Translations under genes and position numbers: made by a program
Notes under the pieces: model-generated
Told to the model about the DNA's origin: nothing
The model's input: the letters and a program-made list of their open reading frames with translations, nothing else
Databases searched by the model: none
NCBI GenBank assembly: GCA_945867435.1
Contig: CAMBIK010000001.1
Coordinates: 1-51,530 of the forward strand
Direction: 5' to 3'
Source of the DNA: Klebsiella pneumoniae
Lineage (GTDB): Bacteria; Myxococcota_A; UBA796; SXON01
DNA length: 51,530 bases
In this document: in pieces, positions 1 to 9,440 of the stretch
Layout of the letters: every line of letters starts with the position of its first letter
Numbering within the stretch: position 1 is the first letter of the stretch

Positions 1-114
1 GAAATCGCTGCTGTCCGCGGCGGATGTCGGCGTTCGCTCTCTCACCTCGACGAGCAAGAAAGCCACCAAGGTCCTGAAGTGGACACCCGACCGCAGCTCA
101 ATCCTGGCGCTCGA

Positions 115-729
115 ATGACCCCTTCCCTCCAACCTGTCGGCGTCGGTTGGATCGAGGTGATCACCGGCTGCATGTTCTCAGGCAAGACCGAGGAGCTGAT
201 TCGGCGTATTCGCCGTGCACAATATGCTAGGCAGCGCGTAGCGGTGTTCAAGCCCGGCGTCGATAACCGCTACGCCGAGGACAGCGTGGGTTCCCACTCC
301 GGCCTGCGACTGCGTTCGTTTCAAATCGAAAAAGCTAAGGATATTCCAACCCTTGTTGGAGATGCAGAGGTCGTGGGCATCGACGAGGCCCAGTTCCTCG
401 GTCCCGAACTGGTGGAGATCGCCGAACGCCTCGCGAACACGGGCCTGCGCGTGATCGTGGCCGGGTTGGACATGGACTACCGAGGCCACCCCTTCGAACC
501 GATCCCGCAGCTTCTGGCGGTTTCAGAATACATCACTAAAAATTTGGCTATCTGCATGGTCTGCGGCAACCCCGCCGATCGCAGCCAACGGGTCGTAAAT
601 CGCGATGCGCGCTTCCTCGTTGGGGAAACCGATGCGTACGAAGCGCGGTGCCGTCGCTGCTGGGACCCGAACAACTTTGAGCCACGACAGGAACGCCTGG
701 TCCTCGGCCGCAACCTCTCGGAGACATGA
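115..729 (+). CDS. tdk: Thymidine kinase
   Basis: In ORF 79..729. P-loop 'GCMFSGKTEEL', 'VVGIDEAQF', and C-terminal zinc motif 'CMVCG...CRRCW' in the usual Tdk order. ATG at 115 preferred over GTG at 79. Confidence 0.9.
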   Translation: MTPSLQPVGVGWIEVITGCMFSGKTEELIRRIRRAQYARQRVAVFKPGVDNRYAEDSVGSHSGLRLRSFQIEKAKDIPTLVGDAEVVGIDEAQFLGPELVEIAERLANTGLRVIVAGLDMDYRGHPFEPIPQLLAVSEYITKNLAICMVCGNPADRSQRVVNRDARFLVGETDAYEARCRRCWDPNNFEPRQERLVLGRNLSET

Positions 730-1469
730 GCATGGAAGGGATCTACGAGCGTTTTCCCAGCGAAGCCATGGGCCGTGACATGCATGTGTGGCGCTACGGG
801 TGGTGGGGGGCACCGGTCATGGTCTTCCCGAGCGCAGCGGGCTTCGCCCATGAATGGCAGAAGGAAGGGATGATCGACGCGCTCGCGCCGCTGCTGCGCG
901 GCGGAAAGATCAAGCTGTACTGCCCCGAGTCCAACGTGGCCGAAGCGTTCACCCGCGAAGGTTCGGGTGACGAAAAAATCGCCAAGCACCTGCGTTACGA
1001 GCGCTTCATCCTCGAAACCATGGTGCCGCTGATCCGCCGCGACTGCAGCCTGCCGAACGCTCGCATCGGGGTGGTCGGCTGTTCCTTAGGCGGACTCTAC
1101 GCCGCTTTGTTCGCCTTGAAACACCCCGAGATCTTCAACTACGCGCTGTGCATGAGCGGCCGCTACGAGATCAGCCAGTTCCTCGGCGGCCACAACGCTT
1201 CCGACGTGTACTTCAACAACCCGCTTTCCTTCGTGCCCAACCTGCGCGGCGAAGCCCTGGAAAGGGTGCGGCGCACGCACCTCACAATGGTGTGCGGCAG
1301 GGGCAACTATGAGGAGGGCTGCATCGAAGAGACCCTCGCGATGTGCGACCACCTCCGCGCCAAGGGCATTCCGCACGACCGCGACATCTGGGGCCAGGAA
1401 AGCGCGCACCACTGGAGCTGGTGGAAAAAGCAGACCCTGACCCACCTGACCCGCGTGTACGCCCGCTAA
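726..1469 (+). CDS. Esterase-family alpha/beta hydrolase
   Basis: ATGA start/stop overlap with tdk. 'VVGCSLGGLYA' is a GxSxG nucleophile elbow. Overall resembles the 'putative esterase' family. Confidence 0.6.
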   Translation: MSMEGIYERFPSEAMGRDMHVWRYGWWGAPVMVFPSAAGFAHEWQKEGMIDALAPLLRGGKIKLYCPESNVAEAFTREGSGDEKIAKHLRYERFILETMVPLIRRDCSLPNARIGVVGCSLGGLYAALFALKHPEIFNYALCMSGRYEISQFLGGHNASDVYFNNPLSFVPNLRGEALERVRRTHLTMVCGRGNYEEGCIEETLAMCDHLRAKGIPHDRDIWGQESAHHWSWWKKQTLTHLTRVYAR

Positions 1470-1669
1470 AGGGTGTAGATAAACGGCAGGATCACTCCGG
1501 TGTCGCTGGCGAGGATGAACGCCACCATCGCCACCAGAACCACCACGATCGGGGTCATCCACCAGACCTTTTCGTGGAGCAGAAAGTCCCAAAACTCAGC
1601 GATCAGGCCACGCGGCGACGGGGGGAGCTGCGGCTCATCGTTCGTTTCCATCCCGTGAGTGTACCGCAT
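1466..1669 (-). CDS. Small single-TM protein, DUF5989-like
   Basis: Last 67 codons of ORF 1466..2203: 'LIAEFWDFLLHEKVWWMTPIVVVLVAMVAFILASDTGVILPFIYTL'. Matches my recollection of DUF5989. The rest of the 245-aa ORF is Arg/Gly/Ala-rich read-through. Confidence 0.55.
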   Translation of the reverse strand: MRYTHGMETNDEPQLPPSPRGLIAEFWDFLLHEKVWWMTPIVVVLVAMVAFILASDTGVILPFIYTL

Positions 1670-1776
1670 TTCGCGGCCGCGCTGTATGGACAACCTTGTG
1701 GATAATTCCTGTGCCCACGCGCTCCGCGGCCCATGCGACCCCTGAGGTGGAGCGGCTAATGCGGCGAATTGCCTAC

Positions 1777-3561
1777 CTACGCGAGAATCTCGCCGTACAT
1801 CCACGCCATGCACAACCCGAGCACCGCGGCTGAAGCGACCGCCTGCCGCAAAGGAGCGGCGCGAAGACTGGCCGCGGTACACGCGCTGCCCAAAGCGGCC
1901 AACTGCACCAGCGGCACAAAGTAGTGCGTCGGCGCGTGGTCGATCGTGCACAGGAGCAGGGAGTACACCAGCGCCGTGCCGAGGGACACCCGCGTGCCTA
2001 AGGGCCACGCGAGCGCGGCGAGGAGGAGCGTTCCTCCAGAATACAGGAGCCACATCCAATAAAACTTCGGAGCGCGGCCGAGCAGGACCACGGGGTCGAA
2101 CTCGCCATGCCAGTGCTCGGGACCCGCCTCCCACCCCACCGTGGCCAACCAGCCATCCAGCGCCCCGGTGGCGAAACCGCCAAGGCCAAAGAGCAGAGCA
2201 CAAGCGGCGACCCCGACACAGAGCCGAAACGCGTCACGCCAAGCACGAGCGATCGCTGTCCCCACCAGCACGACCGCGAAGCCCGGGTAGCGCAGCAACT
2301 GCGCCGCGATCCCGAAAGCCACCGGGCGCCCCGAGAGCGCCGCGACCAGCGCGACAGCGTAGATCGCGTCTGGCATTCCCGCACTTCCAGGCTCCAAAAG
2401 CAGCCGTCCGGAAACGACGGCGGCGAGACCGGGCAGCAGCCAGGCAGGGGACGGGGCGGTGGGGGCATGGGCGCGAAGGAACAGCAACCCCGCAAGGGAG
2501 CTGAGAACCAGCACGAAGGCCAGCAGCACGTTCGCGGTCGGGAGCCCCCCGCCGGTCACGAGCACAGCGGGGCCCAGCACCCAAGTCCACAGTGGGGGCT
2601 GAACATCGGTAACCCAGCGTTCATCCACCCATCTGAGCTGCTCGACCATATTAAGTAGCTGGTAGTAATGGGCCCAGTGCAGCTCTCCGCTGTCCTGCAA
2701 CGCCCACATCGCCGAAGGCCGAGCGAGCAGGACCACCGAGCTTTCCGCCGGTTCGCTAAACGTAAGGGTGAGCGCTGCTCCTTCAGAGCTTGCCGGGAGT
2801 AGCCAACGCGCGGCCACCCCTCGGTCCAGGTAGCGCCACACCGGGCCCTCCTCACTCACCTCGATCGGGCTCGCCTCCACCCGCATCGGGCCGCCCGGCA
2901 CTCCATCCAACCGGGCCCCAACCGGACCGCGGAGCAAGATCCCCTGCGTCGCCGTGCCCACCCCCACGAGGCTCGCGTGGGCGCCTGCCGGCCGCAAAAA
3001 TGTGACTCCTTCCGCGACTTCTGTGCGTTCGACCCATCCCTCGGCCGGCTGAAGACCGGCATTGTCCACCTCGAACTGGCTGGCATCGGCCGGCCCATCC
3101 TCGCGCTGTTCGGCGTACCAGTACCGGTCCAGGGGGCGGGCGATGTCCGCCGCGCTCTGAGCGAACCAGACCGCGATCATCGCGACGGCCGCCACGGCAC
3201 CGAACCGCTCGCGGCCGACCGGCACCCAGGGAACGGCAGGACCTTGGACGCGCCGCTCCCACAGGCCCCCGACCAGCGCACCACCGGCCGAGACCGCCAG
3301 CAATGTCCATGCACCGCCTCCAAAATTCCGGGCCAGCGCCCAGCCCAGAATCGCCGTGGGGAGGCTCAGCCAAAACGCGTCGAACCCGACTCGGAGCCCA
3401 TCGCCGACGCCCGCTCGACGGCCGAAGGCTCTCGCCCACCCTAGTCCGGGCGCCACAAAGACAGCCGGCAACGCTATCAAAGCGACCCAAGGCTCGCGAA
3501 GCGGAGCGGCGACACCCACGCCCGCGATCGCTACCAACCCAAGGGAAAGCCACAGCGCCAC
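1777..3561 (-). CDS. Polytopic integral membrane protein, function unknown
   Basis: 594-aa ORF with many hydrophobic segments at both ends and a central soluble loop. No motif I can name. Confidence 0.6.
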   Translation of the reverse strand: MALWLSLGLVAIAGVGVAAPLREPWVALIALPAVFVAPGLGWARAFGRRAGVGDGLRVGFDAFWLSLPTAILGWALARNFGGGAWTLLAVSAGGALVGGLWERRVQGPAVPWVPVGRERFGAVAAVAMIAVWFAQSAADIARPLDRYWYAEQREDGPADASQFEVDNAGLQPAEGWVERTEVAEGVTFLRPAGAHASLVGVGTATQGILLRGPVGARLDGVPGGPMRVEASPIEVSEEGPVWRYLDRGVAARWLLPASSEGAALTLTFSEPAESSVVLLARPSAMWALQDSGELHWAHYYQLLNMVEQLRWVDERWVTDVQPPLWTWVLGPAVLVTGGGLPTANVLLAFVLVLSSLAGLLFLRAHAPTAPSPAWLLPGLAAVVSGRLLLEPGSAGMPDAIYAVALVAALSGRPVAFGIAAQLLRYPGFAVVLVGTAIARAWRDAFRLCVGVAACALLFGLGGFATGALDGWLATVGWEAGPEHWHGEFDPVVLLGRAPKFYWMWLLYSGGTLLLAALAWPLGTRVSLGTALVYSLLLCTIDHAPTHYFVPLVQLAALGSACTAASLRAAPLRQAVASAAVLGLCMAWMYGEILA

Positions 3562-3605
3562 GGTGCGAGAGTAGCACGACCCCCGGGCCGAGATAGCTCC
3601 GCGCC

Positions 3606-4148
3606 ATGCTCACCTGTTTCCTCGCCGCCGCCGCGCTCGCCGCCGACGCCAGCTCCGCCAACACGAAGGTGCCTGCTCTCTACAAGGATAAACTGCACTT
3701 TGCTGCGACGACCGTTCTGGACGAGCGGGTGCGAGCCGTGGTGCCCGACAACTGGGTGGCCCAGCGAGTCCCGGCCGGCGTGTGGGAGCCCCCGAGCGCC
3801 TATGTCCTTGGTCCCGACTCCTCCTTTCGCATCGGCTACGCGTGCGGACCGAGCTGCAAGCCTGTCGAGGACTGGACCCCGGTGCTCGACGAGCAACTCT
3901 TCGCCGACCTGCTCTCCTGGTCGTGGAAGGTGTACCGCAAAGAAGCCAGCCAGACCCAGCGCTTCGTGACTTCCCACGCCCCAAACGGCGTGGTCGAGAT
4001 CGTGCGAGCCTTGTTCGACTCGGGAAAGGACAAGGCGCTGTATTGCCGCGTTCGCCTGCAACCTCAGGGGGGCGGCATGGGCAAGGACCCGATCGTGGAG
4101 AAGCTGATCCCCGCTTTTGAAGAGGCCTGTCTGGCGCTGAAACCTTAG
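3606..4148 (+). CDS. Secreted hypothetical protein
   Basis: N-terminal signal-like 'MLTCFLAAAALAADA', balanced composition, conserved-looking Cys pairs. Confidence 0.5.
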   Translation: MLTCFLAAAALAADASSANTKVPALYKDKLHFAATTVLDERVRAVVPDNWVAQRVPAGVWEPPSAYVLGPDSSFRIGYACGPSCKPVEDWTPVLDEQLFADLLSWSWKVYRKEASQTQRFVTSHAPNGVVEIVRALFDSGKDKALYCRVRLQPQGGGMGKDPIVEKLIPAFEEACLALKP

Positions 4149-4157
4149 CGGCCGGAA

Positions 4158-4568
4158 CTAAGGCAGAAACCGACTTTGACGATCGGAAGTCGGTAAGCGG
4201 CACGCGTCAAAGCGGCCCCAGATGCGGTACCGCACCGCCGCAACGGCCCGATACCCCAGGTCGGTGAACCAGCGCGGAAGCACCCCCAGCACGCGGACCG
4301 ACGACCACGGGGAAGGCAAGTGGCGCGCGATGGCGAAAACGGCTGTGCTTCGCAGGGAGATTTTCCCCTGCTCGACGAATACCAGCGTATCGATCGTAGC
4401 CGGAAGCTCCGGATGGGCCTCACGCAACGCGGCGGCCGTGGCGCCCTGCAACGGCGCAAAGCGCAGACGCGCCTCCGGGTCGTGGTCAATCAGCCACTGC
4501 ACAAGCCGGTCACACAGCCCGCACACGCCATCGAAGAGCACCAGGCGTTCAGATTCCCCCGCGTTCAT
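4158..4568 (-). CDS. Thiol-disulfide oxidoreductase, DCC family (DUF393)
   Basis: Signature 'LVLFDGVCGLCDRLVQWLIDHD' near the N-terminus; length about 136 aa is typical. Confidence 0.8.
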   Translation of the reverse strand: MNAGESERLVLFDGVCGLCDRLVQWLIDHDPEARLRFAPLQGATAAALREAHPELPATIDTLVFVEQGKISLRSTAVFAIARHLPSPWSSVRVLGVLPRWFTDLGYRAVAAVRYRIWGRFDACRLPTSDRQSRFLP

Positions 4569-4621
4569 CTTTCAAACCTAATCACGCACCGGCTCTTACA
4601 CCTCCCTGACGTGCCCGGCGG

Positions 4622-6049
4622 GTGGCCCGGATAGGCAGCCCAACGATGGACGCCGAGCGATTCTTGTGCCTGCGCGCTCCCTTCGAGGAGATGGAGGCCG
4701 CAGTCGTGCGCCTCTCGCTCGAGCGTCCGGAGGAGCTGCACACCAGTCGGGTGGATGCGCTCCGCTATGTGATCGCCTTCGCCAAGCTCCAGATCGTCCA
4801 GAACGTGGATGGGTCCGACGTAGACGTGGGCGAGTCCATCGCAGCGCACGCCTGGCATGTCCGCGAAACCCTGGCGCCGTGGCTGCTGACCGAGCGGTCG
4901 CTGGCGAAGGCCTCGCAGCACCTGCCTCCCCTCCTCGACGCGACGCGTGACCGACGCCGTCGCCTGCTGGAACACTTTACACTCGCGCCCGAAAGCCTCG
5001 AAGCCGAGGTGTGCGAACGGCAGTTGGTGGTCACCTGCGGCGGCGGGGGAGGGGCAGGGTACGGGTACGCCGGGGCCTGGCAGGCACTTCACCGGGCCGG
5101 GCTGCAGCCGGCGCTGGTCTCGGGAACGTCGATGGGCGCCTTGATCTCGTTGTTCCGGGCGCGTCGCAAGGTGTTCGACCCCGCGCCGATGTACCACGCG
5201 GCCCAGAGACTTACTTGGCCGGGAGTTTTCCGCATCCTGCAGATGGAGAGTCGCTACGGAGTGCCCGCGACCCTTCGGCTCTACCTTCGGTCCGCCATCG
5301 GCTCCCTGTTTCACACCCCCGACGGCCGCCCCCTCACCTTCCGCGACCTCGAAATCCCCTTGCTGATCGTGGCCACCGGCCTTGGGGTGGAGGCGCTGAA
5401 ACACGACCTCTCCTTCTACGAACACATCCTCGATGACGCCGTGGGTCAGGATTTTACGATGCGGCCCAGCCTCGCCCTGCAGATTGGGCAGGTCGTGAAC
5501 GTCATGCGCGAGCTGCTCGCCACACCTGATGCGCTGCGCGAAATGGTCTTCGGCGGAGATCCCGCAACCATGGACGCCGACATTCTCGACGCGACCGGCT
5601 TCTCGTGCTCCATCCCCGGACTGATCCACTACGACGTCGTGCGCGACGACAAGCGCATGAAGGCGCTGTTGGACAACCTCTATGCCTCGCATGGGATCAC
5701 CCGGCTGGTCGAGGGGGGGATCGTGAACAACGTGCCGGTGAAGCCGGCCTACGACGCGGTTCTTGAAGGCCGAATCGGGCGCAGGAACGGCTGGTTCCTA
5801 GCGCTGGACTGCTTCAAGCCGAGCCTGCGCAGCGCGCTTTTCTACCCGGTTCAGCAGTTGATTCGGCCCAACGTGCAGCGAAACATCGTGTACGCAAATA
5901 TGTACTTTGCGCTGGACCGAACGTTGAACCCGCTGAACCTTGTTCCAAGCTACGAGGCCGTGCTTCGCGCGCAGGACTGGACTTCGAGCGAGTTGGAACC
6001 CCACATGCCCACCATCATCGAAAGCTGCCGTACCATCGCCACCATCTGA
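4622..6049 (+). CDS. Patatin-like phospholipase family protein
   Basis: Glycine-rich oxyanion loop 'TCGGGGGAGYGYAG' and 'GTSMG' (GxSxG). The expected 'DGG' dyad position reads 'VEGGIVNNVP' (Glu instead of Asp). Start could be the ATG at 4646. Confidence 0.8.
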   Translation: MARIGSPTMDAERFLCLRAPFEEMEAAVVRLSLERPEELHTSRVDALRYVIAFAKLQIVQNVDGSDVDVGESIAAHAWHVRETLAPWLLTERSLAKASQHLPPLLDATRDRRRRLLEHFTLAPESLEAEVCERQLVVTCGGGGGAGYGYAGAWQALHRAGLQPALVSGTSMGALISLFRARRKVFDPAPMYHAAQRLTWPGVFRILQMESRYGVPATLRLYLRSAIGSLFHTPDGRPLTFRDLEIPLLIVATGLGVEALKHDLSFYEHILDDAVGQDFTMRPSLALQIGQVVNVMRELLATPDALREMVFGGDPATMDADILDATGFSCSIPGLIHYDVVRDDKRMKALLDNLYASHGITRLVEGGIVNNVPVKPAYDAVLEGRIGRRNGWFLALDCFKPSLRSALFYPVQQLIRPNVQRNIVYANMYFALDRTLNPLNLVPSYEAVLRAQDWTSSELEPHMPTIIESCRTIATI

Positions 6050-6058
6050 GGCGATAGC

Positions 6059-7270
6059 TTGCATTTCATGCTGCTGCTCCTCTCCACGTTGGCGCTGGGA
6101 AACGGGCTGACCACGCATGTAACCATCTCCGAGATGGCCATCCCGAACCTGCCCGATGGCGAGCTCGCGTATCTGCTTGGCGACCCAGATCTATGGTTTT
6201 ACCTGCAGAATGGCACGCAGTTCCCCGACGGCGGGTACGCCATGGGGGAGGCCTACAGCGAAACTTCGCACTGGGAACCCTTCCAGGACCTGTACCTAGA
6301 CTGGATCAAGCAGACTTACGCGGGTGACTACGGCTCGGAGGAGGCCCGCCGCCACGTTGCGTACTGTTTCGGGCTGTCCAGTCACGGCATGGGGGACCAG
6401 ATCTTCGATTCGCTCTACATGGAGCGGGCGTACGCTTACGACGCGGAGAGCGATTGGGCGGACGTGAGCATGGACCAGGCGACCGATGTCGCGATCGGCG
6501 CGGCCACGGGCGGTCAGCAGACCCTCGAGCCGTGGGTGCCCACGGAGGTCTTCGTGCCCCTGATGGCGGAAGCGGGCGTGGTGGTCGACGCAGAAAAGCT
6601 CGAGCTGGGACAGATCCTCACTTCCGTCGCCATCACCTTCGGGCGTGAGGCCGGAAGCCGCCCTGACCAGCGCGAACTTTACCAGGCCCAGTTCCCTTGG
6701 TCCTACGACCACATCTTGGACGAATCGGTCGACGGGAGCCCGATCTGGGAAGCGACCGTGGTGGCTCGGTACTGGCAGGTTCGATGGGACTTGTTGCACG
6801 ACCGGGTCTCGGAATTTGAGCCCATCATGTTCACCTTTCCGCAGGATGGAGACTACGGCCACCCGACCGAGGCGGACAGCGTCGAATCGCGGGTGACCGT
6901 GGTGTACTCGCGTGGCCTCGTCGCCGACCTGGTCTTGCCGGACTTCTTCGCCGTTCACGATGCCGAGGGCGAAGAGATCGTGCTCAAAGCACCCTGGGTG
7001 TTCTACGGCAACGCTTCGCATGTGGTGCACCTCGCTCCCGAGGCGGACTGGCCCGCAGACACCGACTTCGTGGTCAGCATCGCCGCCGGGGTGCCGTTCA
7101 TCGACGGAACAGTGTCGCAAGCCGCCACCAGCTTCACCTTTTCCACCCGTGCCCCTCCGGAGGAACCGGAGTGCGCGTGCTCGTCCGGAGGAACCGGCGC
7201 AGGGTGGTTCGGCGTGGCGGCGGTGGCCACGGGACTTCTTCGCCGCTGGAGCTTCAACCCTACGAAGTGA
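6059..7270 (+). CDS. Secreted protein with MYXO-CTERM-type tail; N-terminus possibly zinc phospholipase C-like
   Basis: Signal peptide 'MLLLLSTLALGNG'. C-terminus 'ECACSSGGTGAGWFGVAAVATGLLRRW' has a Cys-x-Cys, Gly-rich, hydrophobic, Arg-Arg layout. 'GLTTHVTISEMAI' resembles the PLC/S1-P1 N-terminal His motif (weak). ATG at 6068 is the more likely start. Confidence 0.6.
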   Translation: MHFMLLLLSTLALGNGLTTHVTISEMAIPNLPDGELAYLLGDPDLWFYLQNGTQFPDGGYAMGEAYSETSHWEPFQDLYLDWIKQTYAGDYGSEEARRHVAYCFGLSSHGMGDQIFDSLYMERAYAYDAESDWADVSMDQATDVAIGAATGGQQTLEPWVPTEVFVPLMAEAGVVVDAEKLELGQILTSVAITFGREAGSRPDQRELYQAQFPWSYDHILDESVDGSPIWEATVVARYWQVRWDLLHDRVSEFEPIMFTFPQDGDYGHPTEADSVESRVTVVYSRGLVADLVLPDFFAVHDAEGEEIVLKAPWVFYGNASHVVHLAPEADWPADTDFVVSIAAGVPFIDGTVSQAATSFTFSTRAPPEEPECACSSGGTGAGWFGVAAVATGLLRRWSFNPTK

Positions 7271-8435
7271 CCGGGTGGGTCGTGGACCTTCGCCCCGCTA
7301 TCAGGCTCAGCGCCGCCGCCACCAGCATCAACGCACCCCCCATCAAAAACGGCGCACCGAAGCTGACGCGTTCGAAGAGAAGGCCCCCGGCCAACGGACC
7401 GAAAACGCGGGCCAGCGCGCCCATGGCTTGATTGCTACCCATCATCTCCCCCTGCTCATCTGCGGGCACCCCGCGACTGACCAGGCTCTGCAGCGCCGGA
7501 GACACCACCCCCTGACCCATGGCCAGGTACCCAAAGTCGAGCAACAGGGGAAAGCCGAGCGCAGCAAACGGCATCCAGAACAGCGATGCCGCGACCAAAA
7601 GGAAGGCCGGGGGCAGGAGCGCAGCCTCCCCGAATCGCTTCACGAGGCGATGGATCAGACCCCCTTGAACGATCGCGCCCACCACGCCAACCACGGCGAA
7701 CATACGGCCAATGCGTTCAGGCGTGAGGTGGTGTTCGTGTACGGCGAATAGCGTAAAGGTGCTCTCCATCGCCGCGAAAGCAAAGACAAACACGCCGGTG
7801 AGCAGGATCCAGCGGCCGACCTTGGGGTGTCGGATGGCCCCCAGGACAGCCAGCGGGTTGATGGGACGGCGGTCGCTGCGCGCCCCCGGCTTGCGCGTTT
7901 CAGGAAGAAAGCGCAGCGCAAGCAGGAAATTCAGGCCGGACAGCCCTGCGGCCACCCAGATCGGCACGGTCAGCCCCAAGTGGGCGAGTTCGCCCCCCAA
8001 CCACGGACCGAGGGTAAAGCCGATGCCGAAGCCGGCCCCGATGAGGCCCATCCCCTTGGCACGCGTTTCGGGCGTCGTGAGGTCGGCCATGCACGCCTGG
8101 GCGATGGCGATGTTGGCGGTCATTATGCCGTGGAGAGCACGGAAAACGAACATCCACGCCAGCGAAGTGGCCATCGCGAAGCCCGCCAACATCAGCGCGG
8201 TCATGAAGATGCTGGCCAGGAGGAGCGGCCGACGCCCAAAGCGATCCGATGCCTGGCCCCAAAGCGGCGCTGCCACGAACTGCATCAGCGAATACACGGT
8301 CATCAGACCTGTGACCTGAAGCGGGGTGGCGTGAAAGCTCTCGGCGTAGAACGTAAGCAACGGGATCACAAGCCCGAAGCCGACCAGGTCCAAGACCACG
8401 GTCATGAACAGAACTGCCATCGGGCTTTTCCGCAT
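7260..8435 (-). CDS. MFS transporter
   Basis: About 12 TM segments. MFS motif A 'GQASDRFGRRPLL' between TM2 and TM3. Confidence 0.85.
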   Translation of the reverse strand: MRKSPMAVLFMTVVLDLVGFGLVIPLLTFYAESFHATPLQVTGLMTVYSLMQFVAAPLWGQASDRFGRRPLLLASIFMTALMLAGFAMATSLAWMFVFRALHGIMTANIAIAQACMADLTTPETRAKGMGLIGAGFGIGFTLGPWLGGELAHLGLTVPIWVAAGLSGLNFLLALRFLPETRKPGARSDRRPINPLAVLGAIRHPKVGRWILLTGVFVFAFAAMESTFTLFAVHEHHLTPERIGRMFAVVGVVGAIVQGGLIHRLVKRFGEAALLPPAFLLVAASLFWMPFAALGFPLLLDFGYLAMGQGVVSPALQSLVSRGVPADEQGEMMGSNQAMGALARVFGPLAGGLLFERVSFGAPFLMGGALMLVAAALSLIAGRRSTTHPVTS

Positions 8436-9214
8436 CAGCCCTCCCGGATCAACCCAAGGATCGCCGGGTGCAGATGCCCGTTGGTGGCCGCCACGCCCTG
8501 ATGCAGGGGGTTTCTGCGGTTGAAGGCAAAGGGCTCACCCGCCCCGTTGGTGCAGTGCCCGCCGGCTGCCAGCACGAGCGCCACGCCGCCGCAGATGTCC
8601 CACTCGTTGCGCGGCTGGGGGGTGAAGGTGGCCTCGGCCTGCCCCGCCGCCACCCGGCCGAATTTGTACGCCACGGACCCGACAGGCTGGGGCTTCATCT
8701 GCCCGGACCATCGGTCAAACATGCCGTTCTTCATCTCGGTGCGCGAACACACCACCCGAGCACCCTCAAGCGTGAGGTGCGGGGAAACCCGGCATGGCCG
8801 CCCGTTGAGCGTGGCGCCACCGCCCACGAAGCCCGCGAAAAGCTCGTCGGTGATGGGGTTGTAAAGCACGCCCAAGACGGCGGCACCCTCGTGGGCCAAG
8901 CCGATCGAGACCACAAACTCCGGGATGCCGAGCGTGAACTCCTTGGTGCCATCCAAGGGATCCACGATCCACGCCCATTCGCAGTCAAGACGCGCCGGGT
9001 CGTCGACCGATTCCTCGGAGAGCCACCCGAAGGCCGGGCGCGCGGTGCGGAGGCGGGCCTCCAGAATCGCGTTGCTGGCGAGGTCGGCATCCGTGAGCGG
9101 GTTGTCCTCGCCCTTGTCCTTAATGGTGTAACTATCCTTGTAGTAGCCACGGATAGCAGCGCCGGCCTCACGCGCCGCCTCCATGGCAATACGGAGCAGA
9201 TCGTACATCGCCAA
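8435..9214 (-). CDS. Inositol monophosphatase / CysQ-family phosphatase
   Basis: 'WIVDPLDGTKEF' and 'EWDICGG' metal-binding motifs. TTG at 9214, or more likely ATG at 9208 preceded by GAGG. Confidence 0.85.
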   Translation of the reverse strand: MAMYDLLRIAMEAAREAGAAIRGYYKDSYTIKDKGEDNPLTDADLASNAILEARLRTARPAFGWLSEESVDDPARLDCEWAWIVDPLDGTKEFTLGIPEFVVSIGLAHEGAAVLGVLYNPITDELFAGFVGGGATLNGRPCRVSPHLTLEGARVVCSRTEMKNGMFDRWSGQMKPQPVGSVAYKFGRVAAGQAEATFTPQPRNEWDICGGVALVLAAGGHCTNGAGEPFAFNRRNPLHQGVAATNGHLHPAILGLIREG

Positions 9215-9232
9215 ACCTCAGGAGGCGTGACT

Positions 9233-9312
9233 CTAACATGCAATGGGGGAAGGGGCTCGCCGCCCCTTCCCCTAACGCGCCATCCTCTCCAGCTTCCAAC
9301 CTGCGTTTCAGG
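9233..9312 (+). repeat. REP-like intergenic element, copy A
   Basis: 'CTAACATGCAATGGGGGAAGGGGC-TCGCC-GCCCCTTCCCC' forms a perfect 11-bp stem at 9246..9272, plus a conserved tail 'TAACGCGCCATCCTCTCCAGCTTCCAACCTGCGTTTCAGG'. Confidence 0.8.
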
Positions 9313-9319
9313 CACGCGA

Positions 9320-9348
9320 CGCCCGGCGCGTTGCTAACGCGCCGGGCG
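9320..9348 (-). terminator. GC-rich hairpin downstream of the FG-GAP gene
   Basis: 'CGCCCGGCGCG-TTGCTAA-CGCGCCGGGCG' forms a perfect 11-bp stem. No U-tract, so terminator function is inferred only from position. Confidence 0.35.
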
Positions 9349-9440
9349 AGTCGCTGTCCCCATCTCGCCCAGCCGCAGATCTGACCCCAGCGGCGTTCCT
9401 GCTGGCACCCGGCCGTTTCATGGCCTCAGGAGGCGTGAAT

